A stretch of DNA of 64,000 nucleotides, from the IMG/VR virus record IMGVR_UViG_3300025150_000004, positions 32,001-96,000 of that record; one strand, written 5' to 3'. This DNA is from a virus. Shown one piece after another: positions 19,771 through 27,907 of this stretch; the first letter of the stretch is position 1, and each line of letters starts with the position of its first letter. The position numbers were made by a program, and so were the translations under genes. The notes below the pieces were generated by a model. It ran no database searches, was not told where the DNA came from, and worked only from the letters and a program-made list of their open reading frames with translations.

Positions 19771-20924
19771 AGATGCAAGTCGCCAAGCGGGACCTGGAGG
19801 CAGCCCTCCAGGTCGTCACCAACAGCCTGAACACCTCGGGTTCGGACATCTCGGCTCACATCGTCTTCCGGGTGCAGGGAGACGGAGTGGAGTTGCTCAC
19901 TTTCGCCGGGCGGTTGATCAGCAGCGCCCCCGTCAAGTGCGTGGTGGATGCCCGGGAGGCCAAGGCGTTCACGGTGGAGGGTGCCAGGCTCATCCAGTGG
20001 GTCGGAGCCGTGGGCGACGAGGCCATCGATCTGAACTACGACACCGAGAAGAAGGTGGTCACGGCCAAGGCTCCCAAGGGGGCGATGGAGTTCCAGACCC
20101 TCGACCCGGAGGGGTTCCCGTACTGGGACGCCATCTGGCCGGACGTGACCGAGAAGGCCACCTGCAAGGGCGACCGTCTGGCGGCAGCCGTCGCCTACGC
20201 CAAGCAGTTCGTCTTCGACAAGGAGACCAAGCGGCCGGAACTGTGCCTCATCGAGTGTCGGGACGGGCTCATCTCCGCCACCGACCAGAAGTCCATCACC
20301 CTCGTGGAGGTCCCCGGCCTCTCCGAATCGGCCCTCCGCATCCACAAGAACGACGCCCCGGCCGTCATCCGGTTCCTCGGGACCTGCGGCGACACCGACG
20401 TGACCCTGATGGAGCACGACCGCTACTTCATCTTCAAGCGGGCTGACGGGGCTGTGTTCGGGGAGACCCGGTTCAACGCCAAGTACCCCCCGCTGGTGAT
20501 CGACCGGGACGCCGAGAACCCCATTTGGTGGAAGGTGTCCACCAAGGAGTTTCTGGCCGCCATCCCGTTCCTGACCTCTGGGGCCGAGAAGAAGGACACC
20601 CGGCTGTTCGTGGACCGCCCGGACCCCGACGGCCCTCTCCGGGTCGGGATGAAGGCGATGACGGGGTCGATGATGGCCATCGACGTGTCCGTCATCGAGT
20701 CCGGCAAGACCGGCGATCCCAAGGTGGAATCGGACCTTCCTCCCGGCGGGTTCTGCGTGGACTTCAAGGACATCGAGAAGGTGCTCGGGGGATGGAGCCA
20801 AGAGGCTGCAATCTTCGGGGTCCACATCCGGGGCACGAATGGGTATGTCCGGTTCCGAGAGGAGCGGGACGGGGTGGACTACACCACGGTCTGCGCCTGG
20901 CTCAAGGACCGCAACGCATCGTGA
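19767..20924 (+). CDS. dnaN: DNA polymerase III beta sliding clamp
   Basis: 385 aa; MKMQVAKRDLEAALQVV, LDPEGFP, ETKRPEL, SATDQKSI, AKYPP match the beta-clamp pattern. Confidence 0.85.
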   Translation: MKMQVAKRDLEAALQVVTNSLNTSGSDISAHIVFRVQGDGVELLTFAGRLISSAPVKCVVDAREAKAFTVEGARLIQWVGAVGDEAIDLNYDTEKKVVTAKAPKGAMEFQTLDPEGFPYWDAIWPDVTEKATCKGDRLAAAVAYAKQFVFDKETKRPELCLIECRDGLISATDQKSITLVEVPGLSESALRIHKNDAPAVIRFLGTCGDTDVTLMEHDRYFIFKRADGAVFGETRFNAKYPPLVIDRDAENPIWWKVSTKEFLAAIPFLTSGAEKKDTRLFVDRPDPDGPLRVGMKAMTGSMMAIDVSVIESGKTGDPKVESDLPPGGFCVDFKDIEKVLGGWSQEAAIFGVHIRGTNGYVRFREERDGVDYTTVCAWLKDRNAS

Positions 20925-21556
20925 TCGCAGTCCCCAGCATCGACCACCTCCAGGCCCAGGTCGCCCAGGCTCAGGGGCGGAAAGCGGCCGTGCAGACGGC
21001 ACTGGAGGGGGTCACAGCGGAGATCGAGCAACTGGAGGACGAGGAGGAACTCCTCACCCTCGTCGCCGCTCTGTTCCGCAAGCTCATCGACCATGAGGTG
21101 ACCGAGGGGGTCAAGGCGGTCGAGCGGCTCCAATCGGAGGGGCTGCAAGCGGTCTTCGACGACCAGGACATCTCCGTCAAGGCCAACATCGACGAGAGCC
21201 GGGGCAAGGTCAGCGTCGAGTTGGTCACCGTCCAGCAGAAGCCCAACGGGGACATCATCGAAGGTCTGGCCAAGGACGATTTCGGAGGGTCCGTCCTCAC
21301 CGTGCAGAGCGTTTTGCTCCGGGTGATCATCATGCTTCGGCGAGGTCTACGCCCTCTCCTGCTGCTGGATGAGAGCCTCACGGCCTTCGACTCGAACTAC
21401 ATCTCCAACATGGGGAGCTTCCTGTCCGAGCTTTGCCGGAAGTTGGAGATCGACATCCTGATGGTCACCCACAACCCGGCCCTGTTCGATGCCGCCGACC
21501 GCTCCTACCGCATCGTGCGGAAGGGGGGTGAGTCCAAGTTTGAAAGGGTACGGTGA
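20921..21556 (+). CDS. SbcC/Rad50 C-terminal half (short coil, degenerate signature, Walker B, H-loop)
   Basis: DDFGGS, LLLLDESLTAFD, ILMVTHN, ADRSYRI; GTG start overlaps the dnaN stop. Confidence 0.85.
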   Translation: MIAVPSIDHLQAQVAQAQGRKAAVQTALEGVTAEIEQLEDEEELLTLVAALFRKLIDHEVTEGVKAVERLQSEGLQAVFDDQDISVKANIDESRGKVSVELVTVQQKPNGDIIEGLAKDDFGGSVLTVQSVLLRVIIMLRRGLRPLLLLDESLTAFDSNYISNMGSFLSELCRKLEIDILMVTHNPALFDAADRSYRIVRKGGESKFERVR

Positions 21557-21559
21557 GGC

Positions 21560-22222
21560 ATGAGGACCGAGGGTCAAGTACGGCACAAGCTCAAGCAGGT
21601 GTTCTATCGCCACCTGTCCAAACGGTTGGCCGAGGGCCTGGCCGAGGTGCCGGAAAACTGCATGTACAACCGGCGGCCAAGTACGCATCCCCGGATGACG
21701 CCCCTCGAAGACCTTCCTCGGGTCTGCATCCATGCGGAACAGGCCGGGGCCATCTGTGACCGGAACCACGAATCTTCCGCCGATTACGCCTCCTGCCCGT
21801 TTTTCGTTCCGGTGAAATCCAAGGAGGTGCTCAAGCGGGAGTTCGTCGAGTTGGCCCGGAAGAAGCGGGACATCGTGGCCGAGATGATGCCGGACGCTGC
21901 GGCCCTCATGTGGGTGCTCGAAATGGAGGGCGGAGTCCCAGAGGGGGAGGCAGAGAGCGCTGCCAACGGCGAGGCCGAGGGGGATGAGGAAGAGGAGCCT
22001 GCCCCAGTGGTGGTGCGGCGGGAGAAGGCCCCCGTATTCGAGATGGGGGAGCAGGGGGACGTAGCCCTGGTGAAGTTCGACCTTCCTCCCCTGGATATGA
22101 TCGACCGCCCGACCCCTCGATGGTGGGCCTTCTGGCGATGGCGGATGTGGCCTTGGAACTGGTTCCGCTCAGGATCCGAGCCACTGGACTGCCCCATCGC
22201 CTCACCCGGGGCGGACGGATGA
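21560..22222 (+). CDS. Hypothetical Cys-rich protein
   Basis: Four Cys (CMYN, CIH, CDRNH, CPFF); Trp-rich C-terminal segment. Confidence 0.65.
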   Translation: MRTEGQVRHKLKQVFYRHLSKRLAEGLAEVPENCMYNRRPSTHPRMTPLEDLPRVCIHAEQAGAICDRNHESSADYASCPFFVPVKSKEVLKREFVELARKKRDIVAEMMPDAAALMWVLEMEGGVPEGEAESAANGEAEGDEEEEPAPVVVRREKAPVFEMGEQGDVALVKFDLPPLDMIDRPTPRWWAFWRWRMWPWNWFRSGSEPLDCPIASPGADG

Positions 22223-22776
22223 GCAATCTCCTGCACCTGACCAAGATGAAGCTCCCCAAGAAGGGGACGCCGCTCGCTCTCGAATGCGAGGTGTCCCCGG
22301 ACACAGCCCCTTACCTCGTGACGAGCAGCAAAGGGCTGGTCTGGGTCCCCCAGACCTCGGCGGATGGGACCATCAAGGCAGCCGTCCGGCTCAAGACCCA
22401 GCCGGAGCAGTTTTTCCTCGACGTGGTGGAGGCTGTCCACAAGGCGGGACAGCACTGGGAGTGGGGCAATGTCCTCCCCATGACCCCCGAGGGCTTGGAA
22501 GAGGCCATCACACATGTGGAGGAGTACGAGCTTGGCGAGATTGAGATCTTGGTTCCACCTTCGGTTGAGGGCGAGCCGTCTCCCGGCATGGAGATCGCCA
22601 CCAAGCTGAACAAGCCGCACCGGCCCACTTCCTGGCTGCCCCGGGATCTCGCCGTGATCGTCCCCAAGGACCGCACCTTCGTAGGTTCCGTGTACCGCAT
22701 CGGCAAGGACATCGTGGGCGTGGTCCACAACGCAGCACGGGGCCTTGCCATCGTCTCCAGCCGAGTAGAGGGTTGA
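22219..22776 (+). CDS. Hypothetical protein
   Basis: ATGA overlap with the upstream gene; typical codon bias. Confidence 0.7.
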   Translation: MSNLLHLTKMKLPKKGTPLALECEVSPDTAPYLVTSSKGLVWVPQTSADGTIKAAVRLKTQPEQFFLDVVEAVHKAGQHWEWGNVLPMTPEGLEEAITHVEEYELGEIEILVPPSVEGEPSPGMEIATKLNKPHRPTSWLPRDLAVIVPKDRTFVGSVYRIGKDIVGVVHNAARGLAIVSSRVEG

Positions 22777-22777
22777 C

Positions 22778-23497
22778 GTGACCTGGCTGGCCGCCGCCCT
22801 CAAGGAGATGTCCTTGACCGAGTCCGTGGAGGGCTACCTCCACGGACGTGGAGCCAAGGAGGGGGTCATCGCCGAGCTTGGGTGCGTGTCATGGCACTCG
22901 GATGAGGCCCTTACCGACGAGGAACTCTGGCGCAAGCGGACCGGCCCGTTGGGCAGGGGCGAGTGGCTCGAAGGCTGGCTCATCGTCCCCCTTCTGGGGC
23001 CTCGGGGCCAGGTGTTGGGGTTCGAGGCCCGTCGGACGGACATCAAGAAGTTCAGCCGGTGGTTGACGCCTGAAGCGGCCTGGAACCCGGTGTGGTCCGG
23101 TTTGACGCCTTCCTCCATGCGGCGGATCTGGGAGGGCGGGGATGTGTGGGTGGTCGAAGGAACCTTCGACATGTTCGCTCTCCAGTGGGCCGTCCCGGCC
23201 AAGGATGTGGTCCTGGCGTCCATCACGGCTGCATTGAACCAGCGGCAGGTAGAGTTCCTACGCCGGTTCCTGGTCAAAGAAGCCTGGGTCCACATGGTCT
23301 ACGACAACGACGAGCAGGGTCGGAACGGGACCCACGGATGGACCGACGAAGAGGGTAAATTTCGCTGGGGGGCGGTGCAAAAGCTGGAGGCCCTGGGTAT
23401 CAGGTGCCGGGACGTGATCTACACCGGGGGCAAGGACCCGGGTGAAATCTGGGAGCGGTCTGGTGCCGAAGGCATCCAGACGGCCTTCCCTTTGTGA
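22778..23497 (+). CDS. DnaG-type primase catalytic core (TOPRIM) lacking a zinc-binding domain
   Basis: YLHGRG, LIVPL, GQVLGFEARR, VVEGTFD, YDNDEQG, KDPGE. Confidence 0.85.
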   Translation: MTWLAAALKEMSLTESVEGYLHGRGAKEGVIAELGCVSWHSDEALTDEELWRKRTGPLGRGEWLEGWLIVPLLGPRGQVLGFEARRTDIKKFSRWLTPEAAWNPVWSGLTPSSMRRIWEGGDVWVVEGTFDMFALQWAVPAKDVVLASITAALNQRQVEFLRRFLVKEAWVHMVYDNDEQGRNGTHGWTDEEGKFRWGAVQKLEALGIRCRDVIYTGGKDPGEIWERSGAEGIQTAFPL

Positions 23498-23507
23498 GGA
23501 GAGAACA

Positions 23508-23981
23508 ATGGCGCAGACCGTAACCCCCCCTTCCCAGATGTGGAAGGCCGGAGACGACGTGATGAACACCGTGCGGGACTTGGTCTCGAAGTACCACCCG
23601 GATCTGGTCCTGGTGGAGGACGAGATCGCCGTGGTGTTCAAGGAAAAGGCCACCACGACGGGTGAAGCCGTCATCGCCGGGAAGACCGCCAAGGCAACCA
23701 AGCTGCTCGGGGTCCTGGGCGAGATCGACTTCAAGTTCATCATCACCCTCGGGGCCGACGTGTGGCAGACCCTCAGCGATCCGCAGAGGATCGCTCTGCT
23801 CGACCACCACCTCTGCGCCTGTCGGGTGGAGGAGAACCCCCAGAGCGGCACGATGAAGTGCTTCGTCCAGCCCCCGGACGTGTCCTTCTACAAGGACGAA
23901 CTGGAGCGGCACGGTTGCTGGAGAACCAGCGGTGCTCCCGCTTCGCCGGACCTCATCAAGGACTTGTTCGGCCAGCCCTGA
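23508..23981 (+). CDS. Phage metallopeptidase-like protein with a degenerate HExxH
   Basis: DFKFIITL, WQTLSDPQRIALLDHHLCAC, PPDV ... ERHG. Confidence 0.65.
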   Translation: MAQTVTPPSQMWKAGDDVMNTVRDLVSKYHPDLVLVEDEIAVVFKEKATTTGEAVIAGKTAKATKLLGVLGEIDFKFIITLGADVWQTLSDPQRIALLDHHLCACRVEENPQSGTMKCFVQPPDVSFYKDELERHGCWRTSGAPASPDLIKDLFGQP

Positions 23982-24021
23982 CCCGGGGACGTACTAGGGT
24001 CTCTGACCGGGTAGAGGGAGC

Positions 24022-25455
24022 ATGAGCCTCGATACCAAGTATCGCCCCGTCCGCTACGACGACGTGTTGGGCCAGGAGGCGACGAAGACCATCCTTCGTC
24101 AATTCGTGGCCCAGGGGAAAGGGTTCGAGCAGAGCTACCTTTTCGCTGGCCCTTTCGGTTCCGGCAAAACGACCCTCGGGCGGATCTTGGCTCGGGCTCT
24201 CCTGTGCGACTCGCCGCAGGAAGGTGACCCCTGCGACCAGTGCCCAACGTGCAAGCACATCCTGTCGGGAGGGGCGGCAGAGACCTTCGTGGAGGTGGAT
24301 GCCGCCACGAACTCGGGGAAGGCCGAGATCAAGAGGATCATCGACGAGATCCAGTACGACACCTTCTCAGGCAAACAGCGGATCTACCTGTTTGACGAGT
24401 CCCACCAGTTGAGCAAGGACGCCCTCGACGCCCTGCTCAAACCCCTGGAGGAGAACATCCCCGGGAGCCGGGACAAGCGGCTCGTGTGCATCTTCTGCAC
24501 GACCGAGCCCGAGAAGATGCGAGCCACCATCCTCTCCCGCTGCGCCCCGGCGTTTGTCATCCGGCCCCTCGACCCAGGAACCATCGCCAAGCGGCTGGTG
24601 ACCATCTGCGAGGCGGAGGGCATCGGGTACGAGGAGGACGCCCTCCGGGTCATCGCCGAGATGACCGAGTGTCACATCCGAGACGCCATCAAGGCGGTCG
24701 AGGGTGTGCGGATGCTCGGGAAGGTGGACCAGGCCAACACCTCGGCCTACCTCAACCTGGACATCAACGACCTGTACCTCACCATCTTGGAGAAGCTCCC
24801 CTCCGACCTCGCTGGGGCCGTGGAGGCGGCCACCAAGGTCGCCGACCTGGCCTCCCCGGGAACCAGCTATCAGCGGCTCGCCGACGCCGCCATGATGGCG
24901 TACAGGGTCCACCTGGGGGCTGGAAAGCCCGAGTCCTACTGGGACCAAGAGCGGGTGGCCCGTCTGGCGGAGAGGGGGGACGCACTCCTGAACATCGCCT
25001 CCCGACTCGCCTCACGGCCAGGGAGGCCCTCCCTGTCGATGCTCCTGTGCGACCTGGCCACCCTGCACCACCTGGGCGGGGCACAGGCATCGGCTAACGC
25101 CGTGTTCGTCGTCCAGCAGGCCGCAGCCCCAGCCGGGGCGGCAGTGGAGGTCCCTACTGGCGAAGTCCCCTCGGCTGTGGTACAACAAGCCCGAGGAACG
25201 GTCGAGGTGCAAACTTCGGTCCCCTCTCAGGAAGCTAGTCCTCCTGCCGGTAAACTACCACCAGAGACGGAACTGGTGGATGGGACGTTTGTCAGGCAGA
25301 AGGCTGTGCGAAAAGTCGAGTCAGGCGGGAAACCGAGCCCGTCTTCGTCTGCTGAACTTCCCGAGCCTATTTTCTGCGAACTCCTTGGCCGGGAATTGAG
25401 CGAAGACGGGGACTTCCGTGGACCGCCGAGACGACCTGACATGGATCGCCCTTGA
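24022..25455 (+). CDS. dnaX: DNA polymerase III gamma/tau clamp-loader ATPase
   Basis: KYRP, GPFGSGKTT, PCDQCPTC, EVDAATNSG, DESHQLS ... DALLKPLEE, TTEPEK, TILSRC. Confidence 0.93.
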   Translation: MSLDTKYRPVRYDDVLGQEATKTILRQFVAQGKGFEQSYLFAGPFGSGKTTLGRILARALLCDSPQEGDPCDQCPTCKHILSGGAAETFVEVDAATNSGKAEIKRIIDEIQYDTFSGKQRIYLFDESHQLSKDALDALLKPLEENIPGSRDKRLVCIFCTTEPEKMRATILSRCAPAFVIRPLDPGTIAKRLVTICEAEGIGYEEDALRVIAEMTECHIRDAIKAVEGVRMLGKVDQANTSAYLNLDINDLYLTILEKLPSDLAGAVEAATKVADLASPGTSYQRLADAAMMAYRVHLGAGKPESYWDQERVARLAERGDALLNIASRLASRPGRPSLSMLLCDLATLHHLGGAQASANAVFVVQQAAAPAGAAVEVPTGEVPSAVVQQARGTVEVQTSVPSQEASPPAGKLPPETELVDGTFVRQKAVRKVESGGKPSPSSSAELPEPIFCELLGRELSEDGDFRGPPRRPDMDRP

Positions 25456-25981
25456 GTTGACCCGCCAGGGCGAGGCGAAGATCGAGGAAGGCACCCTCGC
25501 CCCCTCACTTCGTCGTGATCTGCACGTCGCCGCAGACTTCCCGGTCTTCATCCCGTCCAAGAGCTACATCAAGAAGGGCAGGCGGACGACCATCCACCTC
25601 ATGGAAGGCTACGCCTTCGTGGCTACCGGGCTCCCCGAGGTCCAGTATTTCGGACTGGAGAAGACCGCCTACGTCGAAGCGGTGATGTCGTCACACGGCG
25701 CTCACGGGATGCGGGTGATCCACGCCATCCCGAATCGGGACATCGAGAAGCTCAAGCGCCAGCTTCGGGAGCACCTGGCCGCTGACATCGAGGAGAATGC
25801 CTGGGTCAAAGTCATCAAGGGGAAGTTCAAAGGCTTGGAAGGTCAAGTAGTTAGGCTGCATGACGAGCAGCACGCCTACGTGTCTTTCCGGCTCAGGAGC
25901 TTGCATCGGGTGTCTCCGATCCCCAGGGTTTTTCTACAGGCCATCGAACCACCACCCGGAGTAGTTGCGTCTGCTGGGTAG
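25418..25981 (+). CDS. NusG/RfaH-family transcription (anti)termination factor
   Basis: NGN-like WIALEL, VFIP, LMEGYAFV; KOW motif VKVIKGKFKGLEGQV. Confidence 0.8.
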   Translation: MDRRDDLTWIALELTRQGEAKIEEGTLAPSLRRDLHVAADFPVFIPSKSYIKKGRRTTIHLMEGYAFVATGLPEVQYFGLEKTAYVEAVMSSHGAHGMRVIHAIPNRDIEKLKRQLREHLAADIEENAWVKVIKGKFKGLEGQVVRLHDEQHAYVSFRLRSLHRVSPIPRVFLQAIEPPPGVVASAG

Positions 25982-26073
25982 TTGTGGGAGAAGAAGAACC
26001 CTTGCGCTGTCTGACCTGCTCGACCTGATCGGCTGAACCAAGGCTCTCAGGAGCCACCCGAAATGGGAGAAGT

Positions 26074-26853
26074 ATGGGCTGGTCTGGACACCGCATGATC
26101 GATCCAACCGAGATAGAGGCTCGCTTCAGTGTGGAGGACGGCATGGCGTACATGGCGTCCATCTTCACGGAGCCCACCGACGACGACCTGGAGCGGATCG
26201 AGGTCATCCGGGGCATCATGGAGTCGCTCCCTGCCAGGGAGGCCGATTTCGTGGACCTCTACTTCTTCCGTCGGAAGAAGCAGACCGAGATCGCCTTCAT
26301 CTTCGACTGCTCCCAGCCCACCGTCTGCTATCGCCTCCAACGAGCAACCGCCCGGATCCGTTTCCTCCTCGACCTGCCCAAGGTCGAGGAGAAGGAACTC
26401 CTTCGGGACATGCGGGCGTTCCTGAAGGACGACCTGGACGTTCAGATCATGCACCTGATGTGGTTGACCACCTGCCAGTCGGAGGCCGCCAAACGCCTCG
26501 GGGTCAGCCAGGGGCTCGTCCGGCACAGGTTCATGCGCTCCATCAAACGGATGCGCTCCTTCATCGAGGTCCCACGTCGCTATCAGGAACTCGACGCCCT
26601 CCGAGCCCAGTTCGACGCCGCCGAGGCCCCCGCCGACAAGATGGCCATCAACGGCCAGATGAAGGATGTGCGGGACCAGTTCAACGCCGTCCTGAAGTGG
26701 GTCCCCAAGGAAGCACAGGACGACCCCTCCCGCTATGAGATCTACGTCCGTCTGTTCGAGTTCATCTTCGCCAACCTGAACATCCTCCGAGAGGTCCAGC
26801 GACCCGCCTGGGACTGCCGGGTCGTTCGGAAGATCGACTCTCCGCCCGCCTGA
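26074..26853 (+). CDS. Sigma-70 region-4-like protein with two HTH motifs; possible phage sigma factor (start may be 26095)
   Basis: LPAREADFVDLYFFRRKKQTEIAFIFDCSQPTVCYRLQRA and CQSEAAKRLGVSQGLVRHRF. Confidence 0.7.
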   Translation: MGWSGHRMIDPTEIEARFSVEDGMAYMASIFTEPTDDDLERIEVIRGIMESLPAREADFVDLYFFRRKKQTEIAFIFDCSQPTVCYRLQRATARIRFLLDLPKVEEKELLRDMRAFLKDDLDVQIMHLMWLTTCQSEAAKRLGVSQGLVRHRFMRSIKRMRSFIEVPRRYQELDALRAQFDAAEAPADKMAINGQMKDVRDQFNAVLKWVPKEAQDDPSRYEIYVRLFEFIFANLNILREVQRPAWDCRVVRKIDSPPA

Positions 26854-26861
26854 TCCGCCCC

Positions 26862-26875
26862 GGTATTCAGCCTAT
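26862..26875 (+). promoter_or_regulatory. Putative late promoter, GGT-N7-CTAT
   Basis: GGTATTCAGCCTAT; same spacing recurs at 29767, 38796 and 61609 (minus strand), with variants at 47572 and 55096. Confidence 0.6.
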
Positions 26876-26911
26876 GGTCGGGCCTCGATAGAGGCGCACC
26901 TGGGTGAGGCC

Positions 26912-27220
26912 ATGAGCGATCCGAGCGGAAAACGAGTCCTGATGTCCAAGCGGGTTGCCGCCCGCTGGATCGCCCGTAAGGCGAAGGCCGAGTACCGTTT
27001 TTCGGTCCTGATGGGCACCCGGGAGATCCGCAACCTCCCCAACCTGCTCCGGTCCATGCGGGACGGGAAGTTGGCCATGGAGGGGGTGCCCTGCATCCCC
27101 GACCTCGGGGTGAAGGAGTCGTTCGACAAGGTGGAGATGTGGTCCAACGACCGTGAGGCCATGATCAAGCTGGTCGACTGGTTTGAGCGGAGAGGCTTCG
27201 ACACGACGGGGGTGTGGTGA
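26912..27220 (+). CDS. Hypothetical protein with RVAARW motif
   Basis: GAGG RBS; first gene after the putative late promoter. Confidence 0.7.
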   Translation: MSDPSGKRVLMSKRVAARWIARKAKAEYRFSVLMGTREIRNLPNLLRSMRDGKLAMEGVPCIPDLGVKESFDKVEMWSNDREAMIKLVDWFERRGFDTTGVW

Positions 27221-27897
27221 TGCCGTTGTCCAGGCTCCAGTCGGTCTTCACCTACCAGTCCTCCGCCGGAGGCGAGACCTACAAGTTCGACATCGTCATC
27301 GACGCCCAGAGCCAGGTGTCGGTTCGGAACATCCGAACCCCCCGTGGGCTCGTGACGGACTCCATCACCCAGGTTCCATCGGCGGTGGCGCAGGACATCT
27401 TCGATGCGATTTCCGTGGTCCAGCTTCTCGTGGCGGAGAGCACGGCCGTCTCGGGGACGGCCTACTTCTCAGGGCAGACGACCCGCTCCATCACCATCCC
27501 CGGAGGAACCCTCAACAACGCCAACTACCGGGTCCACTGGACCACCCCCGACGGGATCCTGCTGCGGGTGGAGAACAAGACCACCACGGGGTTCGACCTC
27601 GTGGCCTCGGCGGCCTACGGCTCGGCGGCTTCGGTGAAGGCTGTACCATGGGCGGTCCTGGTGTCCACCGTGCAGGCTTCGGCCTTCGGCGGTGTCCTGA
27701 CCTTCGGGGCCGGGGTCACCTCTCAGGGCGTTGCGTTCCCGGCAGCGGTAGCGTCGGACGACTACCGGGTCTTGCTAGAGCCCTCGGACTTTTTCCAGGC
27801 CAAGGTGGCGAACCAGGCGAAGACCGGGTTCGACGTGGTCATCAACCATGACCCCGCCCCGGGGGCAGTGACCGTCGGCTACGACGTGGTGCTGTGA
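27220..27897 (+). CDS. Putative virion structural protein with two beta-rich K-x-x-TGF-type modules
   Basis: VENKTTTGFDLV and VANQAKTGFDVV repeats; rich in T, S, V, A and G. Confidence 0.55.
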   Translation: MPLSRLQSVFTYQSSAGGETYKFDIVIDAQSQVSVRNIRTPRGLVTDSITQVPSAVAQDIFDAISVVQLLVAESTAVSGTAYFSGQTTRSITIPGGTLNNANYRVHWTTPDGILLRVENKTTTGFDLVASAAYGSAASVKAVPWAVLVSTVQASAFGGVLTFGAGVTSQGVAFPAAVASDDYRVLLEPSDFFQAKVANQAKTGFDVVINHDPAPGAVTVGYDVVL

Positions 27898-27907
27898 GGA
27901 GCGAACG

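Noticed and set aside
24022-25455. Programmed gamma/tau frameshift in dnaX
   Set aside because: No A-AAA-AAG-type slippery site or long A run was seen.
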